Shown here: piece after piece, positions 13,725 to 24,781 of the stretch
Layout: each line of letters starts with the position of its first letter
Numbering within the stretch: the stretch's first letter is position 1
Assembly: GCA_905178155.1 (NCBI GenBank)
Contig: CAJINV010000011.1
Location: 3,195,144-3,259,143, forward strand
Reading direction: 5' to 3'
From: Amoebophrya sp. A120
Taxonomy: Eukaryota; Protista; Dinoflagellata
Length of the DNA: 64,000 nt
Position numbers and translations under genes: made by a program
The notes under the pieces: model-generated
What the model saw: only the letters and a program-made list of their open reading frames with translations
Database searches by the model: none
What the model was told of the DNA's origin: nothing

Positions 13725-14966
13725 AGGGTGCTACAATCGTGCCGGACGCTGCGGACCAAGAAGTAGCTCCGCGCGACGAATCCGCCAAGTAGCTCCTCAA
13801 AAGGGGGCTGTCTGGCGAAAACCTTTTTCGCGTTGTTCCAGCGTGTGGCTCCAGCATCCAACCGCCCAACCGCGCGCGCTCGGCGAGCCTTCAAGGGGTC
13901 TGTAGTCCTATCGATGGGGTTGGGGGGGTCCTACTCCTATCCAGGAATTAGATCTAGCACAAGTAGAAGTTAGTAGTACTACACGAGGGAAGTCGTGTTC
14001 TTAAAAAGCTCGTGACATTATCTTTATCCCAAAAATTTTCAATCACCTTCTCTTCGGAGATGCTTTGGGTAATTTGCAATGGGCATTGAAACTACAGAGT
14101 TTGTTTCTTCAAGAACTAGAATTAGAGATTGATTGTTTTTCGAGTTGAAAAGTTCGTTTTGAAAGAATGTAAATCATACAGCGTGAGGACACAAGGCAGT
14201 ATAATTCCAAGAACTTTGAATTCGAAAGTAGTTTTACCTTTAGTTATAGCTCACGAAAGTAACGATAAGCGATCCCTAGACGTCGGCGCTGCTACTAGTA
14301 CAAAATATTAGGGCAACAAGCCGGAAATTTTTGTACTGAACTACAGAAGCAGAATAGGGTAAGAAGAATGCTATTTCTGATCAGAAAAAAACTTTCTTCT
14401 ACAGGAGTTCTGTACTCGATAATTTCTGTCTTCACCTACTACTAGTCGCGGCGTAGTTGAAGCGCGGAGTGGCACAGCCGACCGTGAGGACAGACTCACG
14501 AAGAGCTCAAAATCAAAAGAAGTGACTTACATATCTACTGTCGCGGCATATCAGCTTTTCTGGGTGAGACAAGGTAATTCGACAGCGCAAATCGATCAAA
14601 TAGCTAATTTCTCATTGTGTGTGTTTATCTGAAGAGTCCTATCACAGGAGGCTCTTCAAATATGCTGTGACCGTGACGCGCACGCCTACCTGGTGTTTTT
14701 GATTGCAAATAATTCTTCAATATTGAAATGAATCGAGATCTTTTTACCCGCAAAAGCTCAGAGATTTAATTTTATCACAATGACGTAGTAACTTACTCCA
14801 TTTACTTGTTTACGAATTTCGATCACGATCTATCAAAGTATTTATTTACAAAATTTTTAGCGAAAGTGTTAAAAATGTGTGGTCAACATATCAAAAACTT
14901 TTTCTCAGGAGCTGTAGTGGCAGAACAATTCTTTTTTTCCAGCCGCTGAATATTAAAAGTACTCTG

Positions 14967-17247
14967 TCAGATGACCCAGCCTACAAAAGGATGAGAAAAA
15001 ACTGTCAGCAGCGGCCGGCGCGGACAAAAGAGGACAATGTCGTCATTGCCCCCACCGCGCGCCCGCGGCGACATGTCTTTCTTTCCAATTTTGTTCTCGA
15101 CGAGCATGAACCTGGAGCAGGGAGGAACAACGACCTTCAGGGACTTTTGATGCGCATTTTTGATTTTTCCAAGAGTGACTACGGATTTCTTTTTCACAGA
15201 GACATCTTCTTTCCTCTGAGCCAGCCCTTTCAGGACCTATAGTAACGTGTTGGAGACAGTTGTAGCGTTGCTTTTTCGTTTCATACAGTTATACTTCCGA
15301 ATGTGGCATCTTCTTTGAACTTGCATAAAAATGCGGACGCTGTGTTAACATGGATCTTTCTGTCGAGATTTTACATCATTTTGTTCGCGGAGAGACCAGA
15401 TCTGGATGGTGAAGATGATGAAGCATTCATCAGGAAGGGACAGTGCAAAAACAAAACCCCGCAGTTGTAGCGATGGTTCTATTGCTAAAGAAGCCACGGG
15501 GCCTCCTTCTGTTGCGCATGGAACACCCAAGTAATCCACAGAAAATGTTGAAGTTTGTGTTTGTCCTGGACAAAAAATCTCAGCAAAATGTGACCCATTT
15601 TCATGTATAATATTTTCCACTACTTTGTACGTCCGAAGTATTGATTCAGTGTTCATTATCTATACAGTATTTCTTTTTCTTCCGAGGAAAAGACAGGTTC
15701 TCGTGGTCACGCCAACATCAAATCAGGCAATTTTTATCAGAAGCACATCTGCTAAAACACTTTCAGCAAACCACCTGCCTCGCGAAGTCTTCGCACATCG
15801 GGCCGAGCACCTCCCCGTCGTCTTCGTTCCCTTCCCCGACCTGCTTGCCGTCGGTGGCGCCCCGGTAGGGGTACCGCGTTTTCCCGGTGCGCGAGTCGTT
15901 TACCTGGTTGAAGTACACGTCGTAGGTCCTCCCCTGCTTAATCTGCTGCTCCGTCTGTTCCTGTTTTTCCCGGGCCCGCTTTGCCCGGTATCCCAAGAAA
16001 AAAACTGTTGGTGAAACACTCTTGGAGTGCCAGCATGACAAATTTGCTCTGCATGGCAGAAAAAGCCTGTCATGCGCAGGCAGCACGTCAAAACACATAA
16101 TAAAAGAGGACTTTATGGCTGGCTAGCATGACAAGTGTACACTGTGTTGCATGTGTTTGCATCACAGACTTACACTTACACAGTTGTTTTCTTGCATACC
16201 CGGACCTTCTCATCCAGTACTTCCTCCTGGTGCACCATCTTCATCACCATCCCCTCCAGCAGGTCCACTCGCCGAACCAAGTCCTCGTGCTTTTGCTGCA
16301 AAATCTCGTCCTCCCAGTCTTCGGCGAGCGTCGCTTCGGGGATCCGCGGGGACGGAGGCTCGGCCGCCGCGGAGACGTTGCCCGCCGACGGTTTACTATT
16401 CCGGAACCCCGGGTGGGACGCTGGGTCGGTCGGGAAGACACGCTGTGTGTGATGATAATAGTGGGATCTTCATCTTTTTTCGCATTCTTTCATCTTCACT
16501 TGAACGCCTCTCTTCCCGAGGTGAAGATAGAGATCATGGATGGAAATAAAACCAACTTGAACATTAAAAGAAACGTTGCAGATCTCCCGCTGGTCTAATT
16601 TATTAGGTGTTGAGTACTTTATTTCCCTGCTCGTCGTAGTACAAGAAGTAGCTTCTGCCCTCCTCGTCGTGCGCAAGTTTCTGCGCCAGCTTTTCCTGCG
16701 GCTCCCGGTCTGTGTAATCCTCGTCTGTATCTTGTACTTCCTCCTGCCGCGCACCTTGATGAAACATCGTCGTAGTTCCGCCGGCTTTCATGTTAATAAT
16801 CCCTGCTGCGGGTTGGAAACTCGTGTAGCCAGCACCGGCGGCGGAAACTCCGACGGGTTGATGTTGAACCTCGGCTGCGGACATCGGCGGTGCGATCATT
16901 CCCGGGGGTATGGTCTCCACCGTTCCCGGGTTGTTGTACAAATTGTTCTGACCTCCTCCTGTCGCTAAAGTTTCGATGCTGGGCGACATGACGCTGTACA
17001 CCGGCGGCCGCTCGGGTTGGGAAAATTGTGCCTGCGCAAGCAGTTCCTGCTGCGTCACCGGGGCGGAAGCGGCGCCGGATGTTGGAAGCCCAGCGAGGCC
17101 GCTGTTAGGCTGTGGTCCTCCTGCTGCGTTTGCAAGATCTGTGTTGCTCTGGTAAACGTGGTTTTCGGAGATTCGGCGCATGCGACTCTTCAACGCTTGC
17201 TTATCAAGCATCACCTGGCCCGGGGGGCCGAGGGTAGGGGCTTGCAT
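14967..17247 (-). CDS. Multi-exon hypothetical protein
   Basis: ORF 16603-17247 plus exons ~16199-16445 and ~15775-15983, joined in frame across introner 15989-16198 (VLDEKVR-AKRAREKQ). The last exon (~14967-15120) is inferred. No family recognised. Confidence 0.55.
15989..16198. mobile_element. Introner, distinct TIR family C
   Basis: TATCCCAAGAAAAAAACTGT...ACAGTTGTTTTCTTGCATA, DR CCCGG/CCCGG. Internal GCATGACA/GCATCACA motifs; frame restored on removal. Confidence 0.85.
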
Positions 17248-17613
17248 TGTTGATGATTTTTTTCGGTTTTGATGTCTATAGCAAAAGCGGTTTGATGCGA
17301 ATTGTCTAAATAACTCAATCAGTCGACGAGTACATCCGAAGAACTAAGTGTTTGTGCTCAAATTTTGTTCTCTCCTGCTCTCGTCCACCAACACGCTTCT
17401 CCGACTATATTCCCGGTAAAATGGGCTCCTCTTGAAGAGAGCGGATATTAAGCATAAAAGAGTGCTAACGCTGGCGCAACAACTCCCCCACAGTTCTACT
17501 GATCGCGCCACTCATTATTGCTGTTGAACAGCCACACTCAATCATCCCGCAAAAGATCATTCACGTTGCCGCAAAATCAAAATGTTCTCTATTCAACCAC
17601 GCTTGAAATAAAA

Positions 17614-19962
17614 TTACTTCGCAGTGAGCAAATGCGCGACCAACGCAACCACGATGCAAACTGCCGACACCAGGGGCCCAAGTTTCGTTTCGAACCATCT
17701 TGCGTCCAAGAAATTGGTCCGAATCGCCTCCGCCCGTTTGTAGTACAAAAATAAGCCGCCCCACAACTGGCAAAACGCCAGCACGATCAACATGTGCCCA
17801 ATTAAATAGTCCCAAAACCGCTCCCCGTGTTTCTCCGCGTGGCTGCGCCCGAAGATCTGCTCCGCTAAGGACTCCGGGGCGCCGGGGGCGGGGGGTAGAC
17901 TATTTTCGCCCAAGTCGTCCGCCGTCGATAGAAGTAAACAGCCCGATCCGAGTACCAGAACCGACAACTCGATCCACTGTACGAGATTCCGCTCGTTGGC
18001 GAGGTAGCTCTTCGGCTCCAGACTTTGCACCAGGGAATTGGACGCGTCTCGGAGGGTCTGCGGCAATTCCACATTGTCGTGAATCCGCACGAACTCGTCC
18101 ATCGCCTTCTGGCGCTCGCTGCGCTCCTTGTTCGCCCGCTCCTCCAATTTTTTCAAGTGGCTCTCCGTGTACAGGTGCCGTTGCCGAAGCTCCTGCGCGG
18201 ATTCCTCCAGCGAATCACGATCGGCGGCCGTTATTGCAGCACCTGCTCCGGTTGCTTTATTGTTCCCCGTGGCGGCTTGGTGGAGCCGAAGCGTCGGGGA
18301 AATTATACCGTTGTCTGCGTAGTTCTTGTTGAAAAGTCGCTGCAACACGTGCGTCCCCGTCTGCGGACTGAGGTCGCTGTCATCGGGAAAGTCGTCCAGC
18401 GCCTGGTCATCTACTTCGTGGGGATGAGCTACGTTATTTGCCAGGAAGTCTAGCATCAGGGGTCGTTCCCCACCCTGCTCCTGCGGCGTTGCTAATATCC
18501 GTGCGCCGTCGGGTCGTGCGTCTGGTAAAAGTAGAGATTCCGCTGGTTCCAAGCCGAGCGCACGACGGAAGGCGATCTGGAAGAGAGAAGGAAGGGTCCT
18601 TGAGAAAGATGCTGAATCCTCTAGTGCTTCTTCACCTGTCGCTACTGCAACGACCGCGTGCTTGCCGACGCCGATCTCTTGCTCAAGGGTGGTACTACTT
18701 GAAGATCGATCTGTATCACGTGTCGTTCTGCACTCCAGCAAGTTCAAGTTACTCAGTGGGTACGGAACCAGCTCGAGGTCCGGGTTCGCGAAGGCGTCCA
18801 GCATCGAGTATTCCGGGGTTGCATCCGAAACCTGCACTTTCTCGTGGATGACAAGGAGGATATTATATTGCGTTGCATTTGGATTTTCAATGCTTTTCCT
18901 CAGGTACAGAACCAGGGACCTCGCAAAGCAACACTTCCTACTCGCAAAAGGGTTTTGGGCGGTAAGAAAAGCTTCGCGGGAGTAGACGAGTTCTCCAGCA
19001 TCTGATTTGGCTGGTGCTGTGGATGAGGTTGCCCCCGCAGGTTGATTTGATGTAGTCCCATTCTGCCGCGAGGCAGATGAGACGCTAAACGTTTTCACGC
19101 TGGCAAAACTGCAGTAGTTGCTTTCGTCTCCGACAATTTGCTCCTGCTCCCATCGCACAGCAAAGTCCTCCCCGGTCGCTTCCCACAGCCAGACGCGAAA
19201 AGAAATCGCCTCCGTGTCCGGAATGGTGCAAGGGGTTAGGACATTCGCCTGGATTACGTCCCCCGGAGGGGACGACCAGCACGGAAAGTGCTTCGCCAAG
19301 TCCGTCAGGAACGGAACCCGCTCGGTCTCTTCAAACGCATACCACGACGACGACGACGTCTTTTGGAACGCAGGACGATGTTGAATTTCTCTGCTGGAGG
19401 GGGGTAAGAAGCTGCCTCTCCGAAGGTTCAGTCTCGACCATAGAAGTGCGAGCGCGGCGAGCAGCCAATCTAGATCCGCGACGAGGAAGGAAGAGCGGTT
19501 GAGATCTTGTTTTTCAAAATCCGCAACACTCACTTCGGATTTCTTCTGCAGCTTTTTCAAAATTTTCCGGAAACCCGTATAATTGATCCGCCGGTAGCAA
19601 TCCAAGTCGACGAGGCGCTGCCCCAGGTTGCGCAAAAGCTCTTCTGTTTGCTCTCCGGTACTGTCGAATCGCACTTGGCGCACCGGACTGGTTGGCGAGG
19701 CTGCTTGCTCGCCGGTGATTTGCAGGAACAGTTCGCGGGTCTCCTGGAGCCATATCTGCAGTTGCACCTCGGTGTAGCGGTTTACCTTTCGCAATTCCTG
19801 GCGCACGAGCTGCAGAACGGTATCGGCGACCAACTCCTTGTCCTTCACGCCGTCGGCAATAAGCTGCTCCAGCCGCTTCTTCAACGACTTGTAGGCCAGC
19901 ACGTGACTGTTGTAAGCCACCTCCTTGGCGATGCTTTCGAGCTTTTTAGCGAATTTGACCAT
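17614..19962 (-). CDS. SPX-domain + DUF202 membrane protein (vacuolar transporter chaperone VTC-like, polyphosphate metabolism)
   Basis: N-terminal SPX signatures MVKFAKKL..LAYKSLKK and INYTGFRKILKK. C-terminal EPKSYLANERNLVQW followed by three hydrophobic segments. Single ORF. Confidence 0.85.
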   Translation of the reverse strand: MVKFAKKLESIAKEVAYNSHVLAYKSLKKRLEQLIADGVKDKELVADTVLQLVRQELRKVNRYTEVQLQIWLQETRELFLQITGEQAASPTSPVRQVRFDSTGEQTEELLRNLGQRLVDLDCYRRINYTGFRKILKKLQKKSEVSVADFEKQDLNRSSFLVADLDWLLAALALLWSRLNLRRGSFLPPSSREIQHRPAFQKTSSSSWYAFEETERVPFLTDLAKHFPCWSSPPGDVIQANVLTPCTIPDTEAISFRVWLWEATGEDFAVRWEQEQIVGDESNYCSFASVKTFSVSSASRQNGTTSNQPAGATSSTAPAKSDAGELVYSREAFLTAQNPFASRKCCFARSLVLYLRKSIENPNATQYNILLVIHEKVQVSDATPEYSMLDAFANPDLELVPYPLSNLNLLECRTTRDTDRSSSSTTLEQEIGVGKHAVVAVATGEEALEDSASFSRTLPSLFQIAFRRALGLEPAESLLLPDARPDGARILATPQEQGGERPLMLDFLANNVAHPHEVDDQALDDFPDDSDLSPQTGTHVLQRLFNKNYADNGIISPTLRLHQAATGNNKATGAGAAITAADRDSLEESAQELRQRHLYTESHLKKLEERANKERSERQKAMDEFVRIHDNVELPQTLRDASNSLVQSLEPKSYLANERNLVQWIELSVLVLGSGCLLLSTADDLGENSLPPAPGAPESLAEQIFGRSHAEKHGERFWDYLIGHMLIVLAFCQLWGGLFLYYKRAEAIRTNFLDARWFETKLGPLVSAVCIVVALVAHLLTAK

Positions 19963-20559
19963 GAGGGGGTGTTGGAAATGGACACGGCTCGTCACCTAAC
20001 CAAGCACAAGACCGCGAAGACAGAGTGAGGGCATCCCGGTAAGGCGAAAAAGAATAGTTATACAGAAGTTCCCATCAGACGAAACGACCGAACGGCACGA
20101 ACACAGACTGCTCCTGCTCGCACTAGACCAACGGCACGACACACAGCAGCGCGGTGTCCGCTGTTCTGGGACATACTTTTCAACTCACGCAAGGCCAACA
20201 AAGGAACGGCGCGCGCCTCCAGGATCGATAGCGATCGCGAAAACAGCCCCCACCCCAACGAGCGGCGGCGCCCGGTTTTGGAGCGGCGCTGCGATTTGCG
20301 ACCGCCGAAGCAACCGGCGGCCCGCGCAACGCGGCGGGGCCACGTCCGCCCTTGCTCGGGCCCGGGCCCGGGCGCAGGAAGGCGCGGGGCGAAAGAACGG
20401 GCGCGCGCCCCTGCGAAATTCACGAAGCCGAGGCGGCGGCGGCAGGCGCCCGGCCCCCGCCCCAAATTCCAAACGCGCCCGCCGCTGGTAAGCAGGGCGC
20501 GAAGCGCCGCGCGCTTCTTGCAGGCGGCTGCGAGGAGGCTGCGGGCGTCTTTCGCAGAA

Positions 20560-21450
20560 GCTGAGAAACCGCGTTGAACGCGCTGTAATCTGTGCGGGAG
20601 CTGTTCGCTGCCCGTCGCTGCTTTGCCTTGGGCGCGCCCCCTGCTGCTGTTCCCGGCCGTCCTTGCTCCTGCTTGGCCAGGTGGAATCCGCGGGGGCGGC
20701 AAAGCGCGCGCAGTGCAGCGCGCCCCGCCCTTCTGCCCCCGCTAGCGCCGCGAGCGATTCGCGCCCGCGCTAGCACTTCGGCCGGCTGCTGCGGCAGGGC
20801 CCCCGCGATCCGAGCGGCGGGGCCGCGCACATCCTCCATCGGCTGGCGCCCGGCCGGCCGGCGGGCCGCCTTGTGCCCCTCTGCCCCTTCGTAGTCGCAC
20901 CCGCCGCCGCCACGCCCTAACCCCGCTGCCCACGCCGGAAGGACGCCGCCGCCGCCTCCTGCCCCCGGTCGCAATAGTATGGGCACAGCGCAGCGCCCGC
21001 GTTTTCTACGGCCTGCGCAGCGTGTGCGCCGGCATCCTCCGCGGCCCGGGCGGCAGCCCGCGCACTGCTCCCCCACCGGTTGGCGAGGTGCTTCCCCGAG
21101 TCCATCCGCAGAATGCGGCCCGCCCGCCGCCACAGTAGGCCGCCCGCGCGTCTGCGCCACAGTCAGCGCCTCCGGGCCGTTGCCGGGGGTCGTCTGGTAT
21201 TCCCGGGGCAGCAAGGTGGGGCCAAAAGTAGAGCGATGGCCTTCCGCGCATAGCTTCGCCTTCAACTTGCCCTTGTCCTGGCTGCCGGCCTCATCAACGG
21301 GCACCGCCTTGCAAGGCTCAAGCGTCAGCCCCTTGGTGAAGGCCCGAGCAAGAGGCGCCAACACTTCCCGCGACCGGGCGAAAGCCGCCCGCGCGCGGGC
21401 TGCGTGCCTTGACCTGGCTGCCCACCGGGAAGGGCCGGGGCCGGTCGGCG
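20560..21450 (-). pseudogene. GC-rich degenerate DDE transposase remnant (pogo/Tigger-like)
   Basis: Spaced motifs across two minus frames: KAVPVDEAG (cf. xNxDETG), EALTVAQ (cf. ERxTV), MDSGKH (cf. LDxxxxH), CPYYCDRG..SFR (cf. QPLDxG..FK). Frameshifted, Ala/Arg/Gly-biased. Recognised by eye only. Confidence 0.35.
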
Positions 21451-21798
21451 ATCGATTCCCCCGGGCCTTCTTAAGTTTGCGCCCACGCGCCCTCGCCGCC
21501 CCCGTCGCCCGTTCGTTTGCGGCGTCTCGCACCGCTGCCAGCGCGCGGGCGGGCCCCACTCATCTCCATCGCCGCAGCCTGGGCAAGACGCGGGCAGGCT
21601 GCTAACCACAGTGCGCGCAAAGTGCATAAGCGTCAGCCACGACGGTGCCGCAAACTGATCCACCAGCAAAACCAAACCAAACCTTTCTTCGTACAATTCG
21701 AGAACAACAACACACGGCATACCAGCAGTCCGCAAAAATTTGCGCCTCACGACTCGAGGCTGTATCATGTTTCAGAAGCTCTTTGGCTTTTCGATTAT

Positions 21799-24177
21799 TC
21801 ATTCGCGCGTCACGTTCGTGACATCTTTCACAGCTTCCAATGCTAATCTCAGATAAACAGGCAATGCACTGCCTTTCTTTGTTCCATCTACTTCTGTACA
21901 CGCTTCACTAGTAGAGGCCTTCGCCCTCTTCTCCACAAACCCACCAGCTGGCAGCACCACCTTCTCTGCCAGCCACGCGATGATTGGCGGGCACACTGCA
22001 TTCCCGATGATGTGGTAGCAGGACTTCTTTATTAGCGGCTTGGAAGACGGAAACTTCACCGCACCGGGGACCCAGTCCGTTTCCATCTTCGGCAGAAAGT
22101 CCTTCGGGTTGATGCCCATCACTCGCAAACACTCCGCCGCAGAGAGCAGTCGCGGAACGCCGCCTTCCACTGAGTCACAGGGCCGCGCCACGAGCTGACA
22201 GTTCCCGTGACCCGGCGAATGCCCGTAGTGAGACACCACCGGCCCGAGCTTCTTTGTCGTGGGGTAGAGGAACAGGTTTTTTCCTTGTCGCTGGAGGGAG
22301 GGGAGTTTGTGCCAGAGTTTCTCGAACTGGCTCGGGGAGAGACGCAGGGATCTACCGGGGTCGTGGTTTGTCGGCGTCTTTCCGCTTTGCTTTCCGAAAC
22401 CTTTGCCGCCACCGCCTGTCGTTTCCGCGTCGCCGGCCGTGCGCACAGCGGGTGAAGGCTCCTCAAACTCGATCGCGTCCTCGGCGATCAACCCTAGGTC
22501 CGGAAGGATTTCTTCTGGAAACCGAATCTTTCGCTTCTTCTTCCCCTCTTCGCGCAGCACGCCGACGAAGTAGACGCGCTTTCGCTGCTGGACCGTTAAT
22601 GGGGCCGAGGAATAAATCTTCGCTTGAACGTTATACAGACCACCAAGCTTCAGGTCAGAGAGAATGATGTCCAGGGGCGATGACTTTTGCTGAGAACAAG
22701 AAGACTGCACTTTATTACTGGATGAAGTGGTCTTGTCCTGGTCCCCAAACGCCATCGCGTCTTTCTTCGCCCGCTTCGCCGGAAGTTCTTGTTCCACTGC
22801 AGCAACGTCGGTACTAATATTTTCGCAAAATTCAACCTCAGTATCTTCCTTCCCATCCGCAATCCCCGGTACATTTTCGAGCAGGAACATTTTTGGTTTT
22901 TTCTCCTGCAAAATCCGTAAAATTTCCAAGTACAAAACGCCTCTCCCCCGCTTCTCGTCAAACGCGTCTTGGTTGCCCAACCGAGAGAACGGCTGGCACG
23001 GGAAGCCGCCAACCAGCAAGTCGTGGCTCGGTATTGCGGAGCAGGGCACTTTCGTGATATCCCCGTGCAAGAGGGCCGGGCCGAGAACAGGAATGCTATC
23101 CGCTTTTGCCGCTGCGGGGCCGGGTACGTAATTGTTGTTGTTCGGAGGTTTTGTATTAGAAGCTGCTGAGCCCATTGTAGATTTTATTGTATTGTCGTTG
23201 CCTCTCGATGCTACGCTTTTCGCTTCCTCCTCATCGCCCGGCTTCCTCTCGTTCCACCTGCCGGCATACACTGCCTGGCATACCGGGTTGATCTCGGACG
23301 CAAAAACGCACTTTCCGCCGAGCGCCTCGAGCCCGATCCGGAAGCCGCCCAAGCCTGCGAACAGCTCGCAAAATGTGAAAGGCTTGATGACCCGCTCACA
23401 ACATTCGTCCCCTGTGCCGTTCGGCTTGTCGAGAGCCTCTAGGAATCTCCGGAGGTGCAGCTCCTGGTCCGCACCGCCGGCGTCAGTTTCCTCACTTATC
23501 TTGACTGCACCAGCTTGCGAAGATTCGTCGCCGTTTTTTCTTTTTGCCCGCGTGGAAGTTGGCCACTGCAGTTTCACCAAGCGAATGTACCGCGAAGCCT
23601 CAGACAGCACTTCGCTTCTCGTGTTCAGAAGGCACCTTTCCAACGCGCTCTTTACCCCGCTGCTTTGCTCCAGCACTGCTGCAGCACCCGCGTTCGTCAG
23701 TCGTAGAAGCCGGCGATTGGAAGGCATTTCATGGTCCGATTGCTCTTCCTCAAGGGATAAGACCTTTATTCCCGAGGAAGAAGCAGAAGGTGCCCGGATA
23801 ACGAGAATCTCCTCCACTTCAGTCTCTACCATGCCCGCCTCCCGTATACCCTCAACCACCTTTATCCACGTCCGCACATTGTCGGTATCCACCCCGTTCT
23901 GGCGCGGCCCGCAATCGAGGTGATAAGCTTGCGGCAACAGCGGCCGGCCCCCTGCGTCGCTCCAGTACGTGGTGGAAAGGAGATTTTGCACCTTCTTTAA
24001 AATCTCCGCATTTGGCAGCGAGAGTGCGTGCGAGCAGCAGGTGGCAGAAGTCGTGGCGCCCCGCTCGTTTGTCCCCTGTCCTCGGGCTGCTTGTTTGGCC
24101 AAAAGCCGCTGCAGGGTGGACAGGTGATCGCAGCATTTTTCATCGGCGGAAGAAGTCATTGTCATGACTTTTACCAT
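21799..24177 (-). CDS. C5-cytosine DNA methyltransferase with N-terminal extension
   Basis: Motif I FCELFAGLGGF, IV DLLVGGFPCQPFS, VI FLLENV, VIII QQRKRVYFV, X IGNAV, in a single 792-aa ORF. Confidence 0.93.
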   Translation of the reverse strand: MVKVMTMTSSADEKCCDHLSTLQRLLAKQAARGQGTNERGATTSATCCSHALSLPNAEILKKVQNLLSTTYWSDAGGRPLLPQAYHLDCGPRQNGVDTDNVRTWIKVVEGIREAGMVETEVEEILVIRAPSASSSGIKVLSLEEEQSDHEMPSNRRLLRLTNAGAAAVLEQSSGVKSALERCLLNTRSEVLSEASRYIRLVKLQWPTSTRAKRKNGDESSQAGAVKISEETDAGGADQELHLRRFLEALDKPNGTGDECCERVIKPFTFCELFAGLGGFRIGLEALGGKCVFASEINPVCQAVYAGRWNERKPGDEEEAKSVASRGNDNTIKSTMGSAASNTKPPNNNNYVPGPAAAKADSIPVLGPALLHGDITKVPCSAIPSHDLLVGGFPCQPFSRLGNQDAFDEKRGRGVLYLEILRILQEKKPKMFLLENVPGIADGKEDTEVEFCENISTDVAAVEQELPAKRAKKDAMAFGDQDKTTSSSNKVQSSCSQQKSSPLDIILSDLKLGGLYNVQAKIYSSAPLTVQQRKRVYFVGVLREEGKKKRKIRFPEEILPDLGLIAEDAIEFEEPSPAVRTAGDAETTGGGGKGFGKQSGKTPTNHDPGRSLRLSPSQFEKLWHKLPSLQRQGKNLFLYPTTKKLGPVVSHYGHSPGHGNCQLVARPCDSVEGGVPRLLSAAECLRVMGINPKDFLPKMETDWVPGAVKFPSSKPLIKKSCYHIIGNAVCPPIIAWLAEKVVLPAGGFVEKRAKASTSEACTEVDGTKKGSALPVYLRLALEAVKDVTNVTRE

Positions 24178-24781
24178 ACGAGCTGCAAATAATAGCCGTC
24201 GACGCCTACATCAAGAACAAAAAGCTTGATAATCTGCACAACATGTCTGGCTAGGGCGACCAGCTTCTCTTACTAAAAAATGGTGGTTATAATGATAAAG
24301 TAAAGACGAGCCGCAGCCTGGCTGACGTGATGTGAGGACATCAGAGGGGTCACGCTTACAACTGAGCGACTACAAGAATAAGCAGTAGCACGGACCAGTC
24401 GTGTGGATTTTCTGACTTGCTCGGGACCGTATTTTCAGCGAGCCACAATTTTTTTTCGCGTTGTTTCCGATCCCGTTCTACTAGCGGCAGATCGTCGTGG
24501 GAGATCCCTGCCTAAGAACTTTTGGCCCGACACGAAGCACGAACGGCTTGTACTTCTAGAGCCGTTACTTTTAATCGACCGGGCCTGATCCGAGCATTTG
24601 AAGATCCACAACTCGATCAGAACTTCACCAAACCACAGCTTGCCTCAGCAAAACACTCCATCACGGTTTCAGAGCGACCAGATGCACGCTCTTAATATCG
24701 CAGGACATTTTATTACAGTGCAACGAATTTTTTAGACTAGTGCAGGAACAAAGGCACGCACCTCCTCATACGAAAAACAAC

